This document shows, piece by piece, positions 40,228 to 50,996 of a DNA stretch of 64,000 bases. Source of the DNA: an uncultured Gammaproteobacteria bacterium (GTDB lineage: Bacteria; Patescibacteriota; Microgenomatia; Woykebacterales; RBG-16-39-9b); assembly GCA_964367355.1 (NCBI GenBank), contig CAYIWY010000005.1, positions 19,133 through 83,132 of the forward strand, given 5' to 3'. The notes under the pieces were generated by a model. It did not search any database and was not told where the DNA came from. It was given only the letters and a program-made list of their open reading frames with translations. The first letter of the stretch is position 1, and every line of letters begins with the position of its first letter. Position numbers and translations under genes: made by a program.

Positions 40228-42246
40228 TTAATCACTCAATATTTCATTGTTAGACAACCTACTGATCTTTTCAAGCAGAGTCCCCTTGAGATCATCATTA
40301 ATCAAATCTTGTGCCGCGTTGCGAGATTTTACAATCAATTCTAGATTGACACTATTTAATAATTTCAAATTGAATTGGCCACTTTGAGCCGTACCAAATA
40401 AATCTCCCGGGCCTCTTTTTTCAAGATCCATTTCCGCTAATTGCAAACCGTTGTTATATTTTTCCAATAATTTCAAGCGCTCCATTACAGACATGTTCTG
40501 GGACTCGCTAAAAATCAAACAATAACTTTGTCGATTGCCGCGACCGACTCGTCCCCGAAGTTGATGGAGTGAAGATAAACCAAACCTTTCTGCGGCTTCA
40601 ATCAGCATAATTGAGGCGTTGGGGATATCGATACCAACCTCCACCACTGGAGTAGAAACCAGGATGTCGATCCTGCCTTCTCGGAAAGCTGCCACGACTG
40701 TTTCCTTTTCAGTACTTTTTAGTTTTCCGTGCAGTAAGCCAAGCTTGTAGGTTGGAAAAACCTCCTGTTTTAAGCGGTTAAATTCTTCTTTAGAGGACTT
40801 TACACTGACTAAAGTTTCTGATACCTCAATCAGCGGGCAGATAATAAAAGCCTGCCCTCCGGAATCCAATTCTTTTTTTACAAATTTATAAGCATCGTCC
40901 CTTTTTGCTCTGTTAACAACGTAAGTTTTGACTCCTTGTCTTCCCGAGGGGATTTCATCAAGAACTGAAATATCCAAATTTCCATAAATAGTCAGAGCCA
41001 GAGTTCTCGGAATGGGGGTTGCCGTCATTGTCAAAAAATGCGGCTGACTTTTTTGGTTTTTTAAAAAAGATCGCTGCACGACCCCAAACCGCTGTTGCTC
41101 ATCTATGACTATCAAACCTGGGTTTTTGATCTCAAAATTTTGATTCAAGACTGCATGAGTCCCAACAACAACGTCAAAATCGCTAGAGTTTGCTTTTGAA
41201 GAGCTGGTGTGTAGTTCTATCTTATACTTACCTCCGAGAAATTCATTGATTGTTTGAAAATGTTGACGAGCTAAAATCTCAGTTGGGGCAAGTAGCACAG
41301 CTTGATAACCACTTAAAATGCAAGCTAGTATTGGAAAGGCGCTGACAACTGTTTTACCGCTACCAACCTCGCCTTGTAGCAAGCGGTTCATTGGTTTTTT
41401 TGAATTCAGATCGGTTTCAATCTCGGAAATAGCGTCAAGTTGCGAGGCGGTAAGTTTAAAGGGGAGTTTTTCCTGGAATTTATTTAACTCTGCCTTTTTA
41501 TAATTAAATCGAACTGAACTTTGTTTGCTTTCTGATAGCTTTTTTTGTTGTAGATTGCTCAGATGGAGCATTAAAAGTTCATCAAAAGCTAACCGCTCAC
41601 GAGCTTTGGTAGCTTTTTCAAAAGTTGTCGGGAAGTGAATTTCGGCCAGTGCGGTTTTAAGATCAATTAATTTTTGCTCTGACAAAAAAGTTGTATCCAA
41701 AAAGTCCCTGATTTCCAGACTACTTTCCAGAAGATTAAATATCTTTGTGCGCAGCCACTTACTGCTAACTCCGGTTGATTCAGAATAAATTGGGACTAAT
41801 CTTTCAGTATGAATCGGGTTAATCTGTAAATCTTTAATAATTTCATAACTTGGGTTGAAAAGAGTTCTTTTGTTAGCAAACATCCCCACCTTTCCGGAAA
41901 AATTGACCAGCATATTGGGTTTTAACACGGTAAGCAGATAGACCTGATTAAACCAAATAATATCCAGTGCCCCGGAGGAATCGTTGACAGTTGCCTTGAT
42001 GATGGTTTTGCCGGTTTTGGTGCGCAGTTTAGTGATTTGCCAAAGGGTTGCTTTGATTGTTATTGTCTCGCCAATTACACAGTCGGCAATCGATTTTTTT
42101 TCGGAAAGGTCTTCGTAACGAAACGGAAAGTAATAAAGTAGGTCCTCAACTGTCAAAATTCCAAAACTTGCTAGTTTTTTTTGATAGACAGGCCCGATCA
42201 AAGGAATAACTTTTATTGATGAAGCTAAAGTTAGTTTAGCGACCAT
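40228..42246 (-). CDS. recG: ATP-dependent DNA helicase RecG
   Basis: 672 aa; wedge/OB domain plus SF2 helicase motifs (GEVGSGKT, DEQQRFG). Confidence 0.9.
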   Translation of the reverse strand: MVAKLTLASSIKVIPLIGPVYQKKLASFGILTVEDLLYYFPFRYEDLSEKKSIADCVIGETITIKATLWQITKLRTKTGKTIIKATVNDSSGALDIIWFNQVYLLTVLKPNMLVNFSGKVGMFANKRTLFNPSYEIIKDLQINPIHTERLVPIYSESTGVSSKWLRTKIFNLLESSLEIRDFLDTTFLSEQKLIDLKTALAEIHFPTTFEKATKARERLAFDELLMLHLSNLQQKKLSESKQSSVRFNYKKAELNKFQEKLPFKLTASQLDAISEIETDLNSKKPMNRLLQGEVGSGKTVVSAFPILACILSGYQAVLLAPTEILARQHFQTINEFLGGKYKIELHTSSSKANSSDFDVVVGTHAVLNQNFEIKNPGLIVIDEQQRFGVVQRSFLKNQKSQPHFLTMTATPIPRTLALTIYGNLDISVLDEIPSGRQGVKTYVVNRAKRDDAYKFVKKELDSGGQAFIICPLIEVSETLVSVKSSKEEFNRLKQEVFPTYKLGLLHGKLKSTEKETVVAAFREGRIDILVSTPVVEVGIDIPNASIMLIEAAERFGLSSLHQLRGRVGRGNRQSYCLIFSESQNMSVMERLKLLEKYNNGLQLAEMDLEKRGPGDLFGTAQSGQFNLKLLNSVNLELIVKSRNAAQDLINDDLKGTLLEKISRLSNNEILSD

Positions 42247-42347
42247 ACGATAAAGTAACTAAAAGGGGCGCAATTACAATCGAGAGAAGCATAATTATTG
42301 ATAGAATTATCCAGACGATTCGTGCTTTTTTGCTTAAATTCATAGTG

Positions 42348-43565
42348 TTAGGTAAAAATTATTTTTTTAAAGTTTCTTTTTCCAGCTTTAATTGTCAGTT
42401 CCGAAAGTTCAGTATTAAACATTTCCCGAATATTTTCAATTCTTTCAGAGTTAAAATAAACGGCTGCTTGGGAAGCTAGTCTGGCTGCTTCGGAAACAGA
42501 TTCACACATACCAGTTTCGGTAAGAAAAAAGTGGTAAGGTTTTGGTAGAATATTTCTCGAAAATTCGATTTCTTCAATTAGCTCTGGCATTTCTTTTTTC
42601 TGAACAACCCTTTCAAACTGCGCTTGCGCTTTTTTGGCAGTTTCCGTATCGAAGTACTGCTCAACCAGTGTAAACGCCAACTTCTTTTTAAGGTTTATTG
42701 GATTGTCGACTTTAATCTTATTTCGTATCGCTTTCAGCTCACCTTGTGAAATATCAGTTGTCATTTCAAAAAACTTCAAGATTAAATCATCTTTTAGAGA
42801 CATAACTTTTCCGTACATATCATTTGGAGTTTCTGTTAGATCAATACTATTGTTGAATGATTTACTCATTTTTCGAGAGTCGGTTCCTTCAAGTAACGGC
42901 AGGGTGATAACGAATTTTTCCTTCCCATTTAGATCACGCAACAGCGCACGCCCAACCAGCATATTAAAAGTCTGATCACTACCGCCGATCTCGATATCTA
43001 CGTTCATAGCGACCGAATCATAGCCTTGCATCAACGGGTATAAAAATTCATGCAGGCCGATGGGTTTGTTTTCGCTCAAGCGTTTTTGAAACATATCGCG
43101 CTCCAGCATTTGCTGAACAGTGAAATGCGAGCTTAATTTAACTATTTTCTCAAAAGTAAGCTTAGAGAGCCAATGACTATTGTAAAGCACCTCAGCTGGG
43201 TTTTTGCCGGAAAAATTTAAAATTTTCTCCGCTTGTTTTTTGTAAGTAGCAGCATTGGCCAAAACTTCCTCCTTCGTTAGTGGTTTGCGGGCTGCATTAC
43301 GGTCAGTCGGATCCCCAATCATGCCAGTAAAATCGCCAATTAAAAGAATGACTTGGTGACCCAAATTTTGAAATTCCTTGAGTTTTCGCAAAGCAATCGC
43401 ATTGCCAAGGTGGATTTTTGTGCTTGAAGGATCGATTCCCAAATAAATTTTGAGTTTTTGTTTGCCAGAAAGTTTTTCGACTAGAGCTTTCTTGCTCGGG
43501 TAAATTGTGTCTACGTTTCTAGTTGTGATTTCATCAAAAAAGTCCATATGTCTTAAATAATACAA
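42348..43565 (-). CDS. tyrS: tyrosyl-tRNA synthetase
   Basis: 405 aa; GIDPSSTKIHLGN (HIGH-like), GDPTDRN, KMSKS. Confidence 0.85.
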   Translation of the reverse strand: MYYLRHMDFFDEITTRNVDTIYPSKKALVEKLSGKQKLKIYLGIDPSSTKIHLGNAIALRKLKEFQNLGHQVILLIGDFTGMIGDPTDRNAARKPLTKEEVLANAATYKKQAEKILNFSGKNPAEVLYNSHWLSKLTFEKIVKLSSHFTVQQMLERDMFQKRLSENKPIGLHEFLYPLMQGYDSVAMNVDIEIGGSDQTFNMLVGRALLRDLNGKEKFVITLPLLEGTDSRKMSKSFNNSIDLTETPNDMYGKVMSLKDDLILKFFEMTTDISQGELKAIRNKIKVDNPINLKKKLAFTLVEQYFDTETAKKAQAQFERVVQKKEMPELIEEIEFSRNILPKPYHFFLTETGMCESVSEAARLASQAAVYFNSERIENIREMFNTELSELTIKAGKRNFKKIIFT

Positions 43566-43641
43566 AAAGTAACGTGTTTAATGATAGTCAACTTTATGGT
43601 AAAATACAACGACGACAAATGCTTTTCATATTTTAAATAAG

Positions 43642-46164
43642 ATGAGTTATTCAATATTGCCACCACCGCCAAGATCCCACAGTCGATTGTTGAAGTCTCG
43701 TCGTACTAAGAGACGAAAAGTTAAAATTCTCGCAGCTTTAGTTACAGCTGGATTTATATTCTTTGTGGTTTCGATCTTGGCAACTGCAATTGCTTTTGGC
43801 TATTTCGCCAAGGATCTCCCCTCCCCAACCAAATTAACTGATCGTAGCCCGTCTCAAAGTACGAAAATTTTCGATCGCACCGGCAAGAAACTACTTTACA
43901 ATATTTATGGTGATAAAAATCGAACACTGGTTAAGCTTGATAAAATTCCAAAGGAACTGCAACAAGCTACAATTGCGATCGAAGACCAAAATTTTTACCG
44001 CCATAAAGGTTTTGATTTCAGCGGTATTGCCCGTTCCCTCAAAGAAATTGTTGTCGATAAGAAACTTCAAGGCGGTTCTACGCTCACGCAGCAACTCGTA
44101 AAAAACGCGCTCCTGAGTCAAGAACGAACAGTCACGCGTAAAATTAAAGAAGTTATTTTATCGATACAAATAGAAAGAAGGTATTCAAAAAGCGAAATAC
44201 TCCAGATTTATTTAAACGAAATCCCTTATGGCGGTACGGCTTGGGGAGTTGAAGCTGCCTCCAACCAATATTTTGGTAAGGATGTTTCAGAATTAAATCT
44301 GACAGAATCAGCGATTTTAGCCGGACTACCCCAATCGCCTAGCATTTATTCGCCCTTTGCTTCCGACTCAAAAGCTTATATCGCCAGAACTACCTCAGTT
44401 TTAAGGCGAATGCGGGAGGATGGTTATATCAAAAAAGAACAAGAGGCTAAGTCAATTAAGGAGTTACCGGATGTAAAATTTGCTGCTTTCGGGCAGGGTA
44501 TTAAGGCGCCGCATTTTGCAATTTATGTCAAGAAACTCTTGGAGGAAAAATATGGTGAGCAGAGAGTCCTGCAAGGTGGTTTACAAGTTACCACCAGTTT
44601 AGATCTTGATATTCAGGAGCAGGCTCAAAAAATTGTCCTTGATCAAGTCAACTCCGCCCAAAATAAAAAATTGCGAGTTGGAAATGGAGCTGCAGTTGTT
44701 CAAAACTCGAAAACCGGGGAAATTTTGGCCTTGGTTGGTTCTAAGGATTACTTTGCAACTGATATTCAGGGTAATTTTGATGTCGCCACTCAAGGTTTAA
44801 GACAACCAGGAAGTGCTCTCAAGCCTTTCAATTATATAACCGGATTTGGAAAAGGTTTTACTCCGTCCACCCTTTGGCTGAATCAAAAAACTGATTTTGG
44901 TGGTGGTTACGCACCTCTAAACTACGATAGTAATTACTTTGTCCCCGGTCAAACTAGATATGTTCTGGCAAATTCTTTAAATATTCCGGCAGTCGAGCAT
45001 CTAGCTGTGATCAGTTTGCCCTCGATGTTAAAAACTCTCAGCAATTTTGGGATTACAACTTTGAATAAACCTGACACCTATGGTCTCTCACTAACCCTTG
45101 GGGGTGGCGCAATCAAACTTTATGAACTAACTAATGCTTATGCAATTTTAGGTAATCAGGGTAAATATCATCCGAAGGTTGCGATTCTAAAGGTAACTGA
45201 TTCTTCGGGAAAAGTTTTGGAGGAATTTAAACCAAAAGATGGGGAACAATTGGTACCTTATACTCAGGTTTATCTTTTGGATAATATTTTGTCAGATAAA
45301 AATGCTAAATCCCAAGGCTACGGTACTTATTGGGCCAATCGACTACATTTTCGCGATGGTATTGGCGTAAAAACCGGAACTAGCGAATATAAAACCGACA
45401 ACTGGACTTTTGGGTACACCAATTCCTATACAGTTGGAGTTTGGGTGGGAAATAACGACAATACCCCAATGAACCCAGCTCTTGCTTCCGGTGTTACCGG
45501 AGCTGCCCCAATCTACCACGATATTATGGAGGCAATTCTCAAAGGTAAGCCCCAGGAAAATTTTATACGACCTGAAGGAATTGTTGAAATGGCAGTCGAT
45601 TCCCAAACTGGTATGCGACCGAATCCCAATAATCCTGGAGTTGCAACCCGAAGTGAACTTTTTGATAAAAATAACTTACCTCAAGTAGATGATATGCGGG
45701 TTAAAGTACGGATCTGCAAACCGTCTGGCTTGCTCTCAACTCCAGCTTGTGAGGCGGCAGGACTTTCTGAGGATCGATATTATTTAGTTATGTACGATCC
45801 ATACTGGAAACAGTTCAAAAATGGACAAACCTATTGCAACCCGTGTCCCCCAACAGAGAAAGACACCAGTGTGACGGCACCAGAAAATATAAAGCCAACA
45901 ATCACAATTACTTCTCCAGGTAGTGGTGCTACTGTTACCAAAAACTTTACTGTTGAAGCGACTGTGACGTCCCCGGCAAATATTACTGAAGTTAAATTTA
46001 CTATAAATACAGCCGTTCCCCAAACTAAAACCGACAGCAATGCTCCCTACAAAGGATCGTTTACCAGTGTAGCAAACGGTACTTATACGATCACAGTAAC
46101 TGCCACCGATGATGCTGGAAACTCGAATGCCTCTTCAATTTTGATTACAGTATTTTCCCCATAG
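43642..46164 (+). CDS. bifunctional class A penicillin-binding protein (PBP1A; glycosyltransferase plus transpeptidase) with C-terminal Ig-like extension
   Basis: 840 aa; IAIEDQNFYRHKGFD GT51 motif; TP domain STLKP, KTGT. Confidence 0.9.
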   Translation: MSYSILPPPPRSHSRLLKSRRTKRRKVKILAALVTAGFIFFVVSILATAIAFGYFAKDLPSPTKLTDRSPSQSTKIFDRTGKKLLYNIYGDKNRTLVKLDKIPKELQQATIAIEDQNFYRHKGFDFSGIARSLKEIVVDKKLQGGSTLTQQLVKNALLSQERTVTRKIKEVILSIQIERRYSKSEILQIYLNEIPYGGTAWGVEAASNQYFGKDVSELNLTESAILAGLPQSPSIYSPFASDSKAYIARTTSVLRRMREDGYIKKEQEAKSIKELPDVKFAAFGQGIKAPHFAIYVKKLLEEKYGEQRVLQGGLQVTTSLDLDIQEQAQKIVLDQVNSAQNKKLRVGNGAAVVQNSKTGEILALVGSKDYFATDIQGNFDVATQGLRQPGSALKPFNYITGFGKGFTPSTLWLNQKTDFGGGYAPLNYDSNYFVPGQTRYVLANSLNIPAVEHLAVISLPSMLKTLSNFGITTLNKPDTYGLSLTLGGGAIKLYELTNAYAILGNQGKYHPKVAILKVTDSSGKVLEEFKPKDGEQLVPYTQVYLLDNILSDKNAKSQGYGTYWANRLHFRDGIGVKTGTSEYKTDNWTFGYTNSYTVGVWVGNNDNTPMNPALASGVTGAAPIYHDIMEAILKGKPQENFIRPEGIVEMAVDSQTGMRPNPNNPGVATRSELFDKNNLPQVDDMRVKVRICKPSGLLSTPACEAAGLSEDRYYLVMYDPYWKQFKNGQTYCNPCPPTEKDTSVTAPENIKPTITITSPGSGATVTKNFTVEATVTSPANITEVKFTINTAVPQTKTDSNAPYKGSFTSVANGTYTITVTATDDAGNSNASSILITVFSP

Positions 46165-46561
46165 GGGGCTTCCTTGCTAGTTGATTTAATAGTTATTTTA
46201 TGCTACTACTTTGGCCATAGAGATCTTTTGATCAGATTTTGAGTAGGAAGGAGGTGAGAAAGTTGGATCGTCTTCTCGAAGAGTTGCAGACAATTTTGCA
46301 AAAGTTGATCTGCGTCGATAGGCTTTGGGAAAAACCACTGCCAGTGGCTCGTGACCAAAGCAAAGTCAGGTCGCTCATGGGTGCCTCGCGCTACACTGTT
46401 GTGGGCACCAGCAAGCGGGAAGAGATCTTTAGCAAAGTTCTTGCTGAAGAGAAGGAGTGTCACACAAAGAAAGTTGGGTGTGACAAAGAGCCAGTATTCG
46501 CAGGGAGGCAATGAAGGGGTATGTCAGACGGTAGTAAACAAATAGGAAGCAGAGAGACTTA

Positions 46562-46594
46562 AAGCCGTTCTTGTATTCAAATCAAGAGCGGCTT
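46562..46594. terminator. bidirectional hairpin between convergent PBP1A and pheT
   Basis: aagccgttcttgtattcaaatcaagagcggctt (12-bp stem with one G.U). Confidence 0.45.
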
Positions 46595-48584
46595 AGTCTT
46601 GTCTAACCTTAACCCTAAATTTTTTAGTTAGGTCTTTTTCAAGCCTAAGTCTTATTTTTTCCACCACTTTGCTTGTAAGTGTTTCCCTCGGATTTTGAAA
46701 CTCCAAACGCACGGCGAGAGATAATTTATTTTCTTTTTTAAAAGCATCAATTATCCAGGCTTTAACCAAGAGTTCATCGAATTCCTCGATGAATTCGACA
46801 ATTTTTGAGGCTAGATTTTCTTGGTCAACGAAAAAAGAAATATCCTCAAAAACACTTGGGAATTTTCCAGCCCCTAGATATTTAGTTTGCAAAGTTTGTT
46901 TTGCTAAATACTCAAAATCAAGCCAAGCGAAGGTGGTATTTAATATAATTTCAAAATTATCTAGGACTTCTGGACTGACAATTGCCACCTGGGCGACTAC
47001 CGCTTCGCCGACTTTATAACTTGTACCGTAAGAAAAAGGTTTTTCATCTGGAAGAGCTTCCTGCTTAAAATTAATAGCAAAACTTTTGAGTAAAGCTTCG
47101 GTTTCGGCTTTTACTTGTCCAAAAGAACGTGTTGAGATAAAGCTAAGTGAACGGTCTTGTTTTGGAAGATTTGTTTTCGGGTCGATTTCTTTACTGAATT
47201 CTTTGGCGATTTCAAAAAACGCTAAACTTAAGTGTTTTTGATTTACTTGGATTGCCTTGAGCAAATTTATAATCAGGCTGGGTCTTAAAAAAACAAAATC
47301 TGAACTAGTGGGGTGTAAAACCTTGATTGTCTTCTCTGGAGTTACAAATATCTTTTTCAAATCCGCCTCGGAAACTAAACTATAACCGGTTGTTTCAAAA
47401 TAGCCATAATTAATCAATTTTTCCCGAACGAAATGTTCTGTATCTTCCTCAAAAAGTTCTTTTTGTAAAGGAATTTCCCCAGAAGGTAGGTTTTTCAAGA
47501 AATTGTTGTAGCCGTAAATTCGCCCAAGTTCTTCGAGAATATCTTCCGGCAAACTGACATCAGGTCGATGCGATGGTATTGTGATCGACATTGTTTCTTC
47601 ATTTAATGGTTGAGAGCTAACTCTAAAACCAAGCGGGGAAAGAATATTGACAATTTCAGTTGGTTGCAAATCGATTCCGAGAATTTGTTTAACTAATGTA
47701 GTATCAAAGTTTATTGTTTTTTGTTGTTCGGGGAAACCCACAGTAGTAATCGTACTAGCAAAAGTCGCGCCAGCGTTTTCGGTAAGCAGTTTAATCGCCC
47801 GGTTCAAAGCGGTTGGGTGCATATTTGGATCAAGTTTTTTTTCAAAACGAGACGAAGCTTCAGTTCGAAGTCCGGTAAAAAGTGAAGTTTTGCGAATTGC
47901 CACCGGGTCATAAAAAGGAACCAAGAGTAAGATTGCTTTTGTTTTCAGGTCGATTTCACTCGATTTTCCACCCATTAAACCCGCTAGATCAATTAAACTA
48001 TTTCCATCTTCAATAATAATTGCTCCCTCTGGGAGTTTTCTTTCGACATTATCCAATGTCACTACAACCTCACTTTTTTTCGCGGCTCTAACTACTGGAA
48101 TTCCTTTTATTTTTGCAGCGTCAAACGCGTGCATCGGCTGACCCAGTTCGAGCATCACCAGGTTCGTGATATCAATGACATTATTTAGTGGTCGGATACC
48201 GGACAGTTTTAAAATTTGAGCGATCCAGTTCGGAGAGGGTTTTATCGAAATATTTTCCAGTTTTACCAGGCTATAGTACGGACAAAGCTTTTTGTTGGCA
48301 ACTTTGAAAGGAATTTTTCGATTTACTATTTTTGAGTTAAGAATTAGGTTGGTGTCCGGAGGTTCTAAATCCAGATCCAAAAGTGCAGCTACTTCCCGCG
48401 CAATTCCGTAAAACGACAAGGTGTCAGCTCGATTTGGGGTAATTTCTAAATCAAAAACGATTTCGCCGTTAATTTTTTTTATCTCTTCGACTTTGGTTCC
48501 GGATAAAAGTAATTTTTCAGCCAATTTTTCTACTGAGAGCTTTATTTTTACGTATTCTTCTAAGGCTAAAAGTGGCAGTAACAT
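46593..48584 (-). CDS. pheT: phenylalanyl-tRNA synthetase beta subunit (short form without N-terminal tRNA-binding domain)
   Basis: 663 aa; B3/4, B5 and C-terminal catalytic-like domains; directly downstream of pheS. Confidence 0.9.
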   Translation of the reverse strand: MLLPLLALEEYVKIKLSVEKLAEKLLLSGTKVEEIKKINGEIVFDLEITPNRADTLSFYGIAREVAALLDLDLEPPDTNLILNSKIVNRKIPFKVANKKLCPYYSLVKLENISIKPSPNWIAQILKLSGIRPLNNVIDITNLVMLELGQPMHAFDAAKIKGIPVVRAAKKSEVVVTLDNVERKLPEGAIIIEDGNSLIDLAGLMGGKSSEIDLKTKAILLLVPFYDPVAIRKTSLFTGLRTEASSRFEKKLDPNMHPTALNRAIKLLTENAGATFASTITTVGFPEQQKTINFDTTLVKQILGIDLQPTEIVNILSPLGFRVSSQPLNEETMSITIPSHRPDVSLPEDILEELGRIYGYNNFLKNLPSGEIPLQKELFEEDTEHFVREKLINYGYFETTGYSLVSEADLKKIFVTPEKTIKVLHPTSSDFVFLRPSLIINLLKAIQVNQKHLSLAFFEIAKEFSKEIDPKTNLPKQDRSLSFISTRSFGQVKAETEALLKSFAINFKQEALPDEKPFSYGTSYKVGEAVVAQVAIVSPEVLDNFEIILNTTFAWLDFEYLAKQTLQTKYLGAGKFPSVFEDISFFVDQENLASKIVEFIEEFDELLVKAWIIDAFKKENKLSLAVRLEFQNPRETLTSKVVEKIRLRLEKDLTKKFRVKVRQD

Positions 48585-49594
48585 TAAAATTGCTCCAAAA
48601 ATTCGATCTCATTTGAATAAAATGATCTAATATCACTGATTCCATATTTGAGCATCGCAATACGTTCTGGTCCCATCCCGAAAGCAAAACCCCGATAAAC
48701 TTTTGGATCGATATTGCAATTTGTTAAAACCTCTGGGTGCACCATACCGGCTCCAAGTATCTCGAGCCACCGACCGCTTTTGTGTAGCACCTCAACCTCA
48801 ATAGAAGGTTCCGTATAAGGAAAATGATGACCGTAAATTCTAATTTTAGTTTTTTCACCGAACATTTTCTTGGCAAATAAATCCAAAACGCCGATCAACT
48901 CGGTCATTGAGGTTTTTTTATCAACCAGGAGTCCTTCCAGCTGATAGAACGCTGGTAAGTGAGTTGCATCAAGGTTTTCCCGGCGATATACACGACCGGG
49001 AAAAAGCATCCGTATCGGTGGTTTATGTTGTTCCATATAGCGAATTTGCATTGTAGAAGTCTGAGTTCGTAGTAGTACTTCCTGGTTAATGTAGTAGGTT
49101 TGTTGAGTATCACGGGCGGGGTGATCCTTATGGAGTCTGAGTTTTTGGAAATTATACAAGTCAAATTCGACTTCAGGTCCATCCATCCAGCCAAAGCCAA
49201 GATAGTGAAAGATTTCCTTGATCTCATCGATAACCAAGAGAGTTGGGTGTTTGTGGCCAATGTCTACCCTATCTGTGGGAATTGTCGGATCAAGTAAATA
49301 AATGTCCGTAGTATCCTTTTCGTCTATTTTTTTGGGCGTAATTTTTGAGAGTCGTTGGCCAATTTTCGCGAATTTTTCTTCGGCCTCTTTTTTTAGTTTA
49401 TTTAAGAGTGGGACGATTTTTCGCTTTTCTTCGTTTGAAAGTTTTGGAATTTCGGCGAATAAATTGGTAATTGCACCGTTTTTACGACCTAGGAACTCGA
49501 TACGGGTTTTCTCGAGAGAATCGATTGTCTCAACAGAACCTAATTTTTTTCCCAAATCGCTTGAAATTTTATGAAGAAGCTCGACTTTTAGCAT
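48584..49594 (-). CDS. pheS: phenylalanyl-tRNA synthetase alpha subunit
   Basis: 336 aa; class II motifs, FPYTEPSIEVEV. Confidence 0.95.
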   Translation of the reverse strand: MLKVELLHKISSDLGKKLGSVETIDSLEKTRIEFLGRKNGAITNLFAEIPKLSNEEKRKIVPLLNKLKKEAEEKFAKIGQRLSKITPKKIDEKDTTDIYLLDPTIPTDRVDIGHKHPTLLVIDEIKEIFHYLGFGWMDGPEVEFDLYNFQKLRLHKDHPARDTQQTYYINQEVLLRTQTSTMQIRYMEQHKPPIRMLFPGRVYRRENLDATHLPAFYQLEGLLVDKKTSMTELIGVLDLFAKKMFGEKTKIRIYGHHFPYTEPSIEVEVLHKSGRWLEILGAGMVHPEVLTNCNIDPKVYRGFAFGMGPERIAMLKYGISDIRSFYSNEIEFLEQF

Positions 49595-49741
49595 AAGCTA
49601 TTGCTTATCATACAAAAAAAGCCTAAATTGAGCAACAAAAAGAAGTTTGTGAAAAACAAAAAAAGAGATTTTTTTATTTCAGAAAACAAAAAAGGATGTT
49701 TTTTGAAGCAAAAAATAAGAAGACGTATTTTTTATCGGAAT

Positions 49742-49810
49742 AAAAAATCGGTCCGGTGGTGGGAAGCTCACGCCTGCCCTACATGAGCCTCCCACTACAG
49801 AACCGATTAA
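49742..49810 (-). terminator. rho-independent terminator after rplT / before the pheST leader
   Basis: minus-strand hairpin (gtagtgggaggctcatg...cgtgagcttcccaccac) followed by U6. Confidence 0.5.
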
Positions 49811-49893
49811 CTTTAGTTAGTATAGCAGAGAATGTGACAAATGTCAAGACTATGGGGCAATTACACTGAAGCACTATAAGTTATCTGGTCAAA

Positions 49894-50229
49894 TTAACCT
49901 TCAATTAGCTTCAAAAAAGTATCTTTATCGGTTTGCGCAATTTCAGCAAGTACTTTTCTATCGAGAAGAATGTTTTGCTTTTTTAAGTTATTAATGAAAT
50001 CTTTGTAGGCTACGTCTTCTCCAAGAGCTGCGTTTATTTTAGTTATCCAGAGTGTTCTCGCTTGTTGCTTTCGTTGTTTTCGACCAGCGTAAGCATAGGA
50101 GCCTGCATGCATTACTGCTTCCCTTGCGGTCCTAACAAGTTTACTTCGACCACCACGATAACCCTTGGCGCTTTGAAGGATTTTCTTATGGCGGGCTTTA
50201 TTTGTAATACCTTTTTTTACTCTTGTCAT
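49894..50229 (-). CDS. rplT: 50S ribosomal protein L20
   Basis: 111 aa; MTRVKKGITNKARHKKIL... Confidence 0.95.
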   Translation of the reverse strand: MTRVKKGITNKARHKKILQSAKGYRGGRSKLVRTAREAVMHAGSYAYAGRKQRKQQARTLWITKINAALGEDVAYKDFINNLKKQNILLDRKVLAEIAQTDKDTFLKLIEG

Positions 50230-50242
50230 AAGTTGTTGTCTT

Positions 50243-50428
50243 TTACTTTAACATCATTCTTTTTATTCGCTTCTCATCTGCTTTGGCTACAAGTTTAGGC
50301 TCGTTTTGAGATCGTAATCGGCGAGCTGATTTATGTAGTTTCTTATGGGAACTCAGCCCACCTTTACGGAGGATTTTTCCTTGAGAAGTTAATTTAAATC
50401 TTTTTGTTACTGCTGATTTACTTTTCAT
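50243..50428 (-). CDS. rpmI: 50S ribosomal protein L35
   Basis: 61 aa, basic; position between infC and rplT. Confidence 0.85.
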   Translation of the reverse strand: MKSKSAVTKRFKLTSQGKILRKGGLSSHKKLHKSARRLRSQNEPKLVAKADEKRIKRMMLK

Positions 50429-50429
50429 T

Positions 50430-50996
50430 TTACTTTGGTTTTTTCACTGGGTTAAACGAAAGGGCTAAATTACGTCCAAAAAATTTCGCTTCCCCACTTG
50501 GTTCTCCGGACTCTGCCAAAAATTCTTTCGATTTTTTTAAAACGTCGTGTCCAAATTCCGGATGATTCATTTCACGACCGGAAAATTTGACTGTCAATTT
50601 AACCCGGTCTCCGCCTTTTAAAAATTCCAATGCACGAGTGAGTCTATTTTCCAAATCGTGCTTACCGATCAAAGGCCCGAGCCAAATTTCTTTCGTATCG
50701 GTTTCATGCGTGTTTCTCTTGGCAAGCCTTTCTTTTTTGGCCTCTTCGTATTTAAATTTTTTAAAATCTACAATTTTAACAATTGGTGGACTCGCCTTTT
50801 CATTTATTTCCACCAGGTCTAAATCTTGTTCCCTAGCTTTTTCTAAAGCTTCCGTAAGCTTCATGACACCAATTTGTTTGTTATCAATACCTAAAACTCG
50901 AACTTCGCTTGCTCGAATATTTAGATTTAATTTGTAGTATTTTCCTATTTTTTTTACTCCTGAATTAACTCTAAGTCTTTGAAAAAACCTGGTCAA
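50430..50996 (-). CDS. infC: translation initiation factor IF-3
   Basis: 188 aa; IRASEVRVLGIDNKQIGVMKLTEALEKAREQDLDLVEI; true start may be a non-AUG codon. Confidence 0.9.
   Translation of the reverse strand: MTRFFQRLRVNSGVKKIGKYYKLNLNIRASEVRVLGIDNKQIGVMKLTEALEKAREQDLDLVEINEKASPPIVKIVDFKKFKYEEAKKERLAKRNTHETDTKEIWLGPLIGKHDLENRLTRALEFLKGGDRVKLTVKFSGREMNHPEFGHDVLKKSKEFLAESGEPSGEAKFFGRNLALSFNPVKKPK

Noticed and set aside
49601-49786. 61-aa Lys-rich ORF
   Set aside because: An artefact of the A-rich pheST leader. No SD, and it lies on the strand opposite to the operon.
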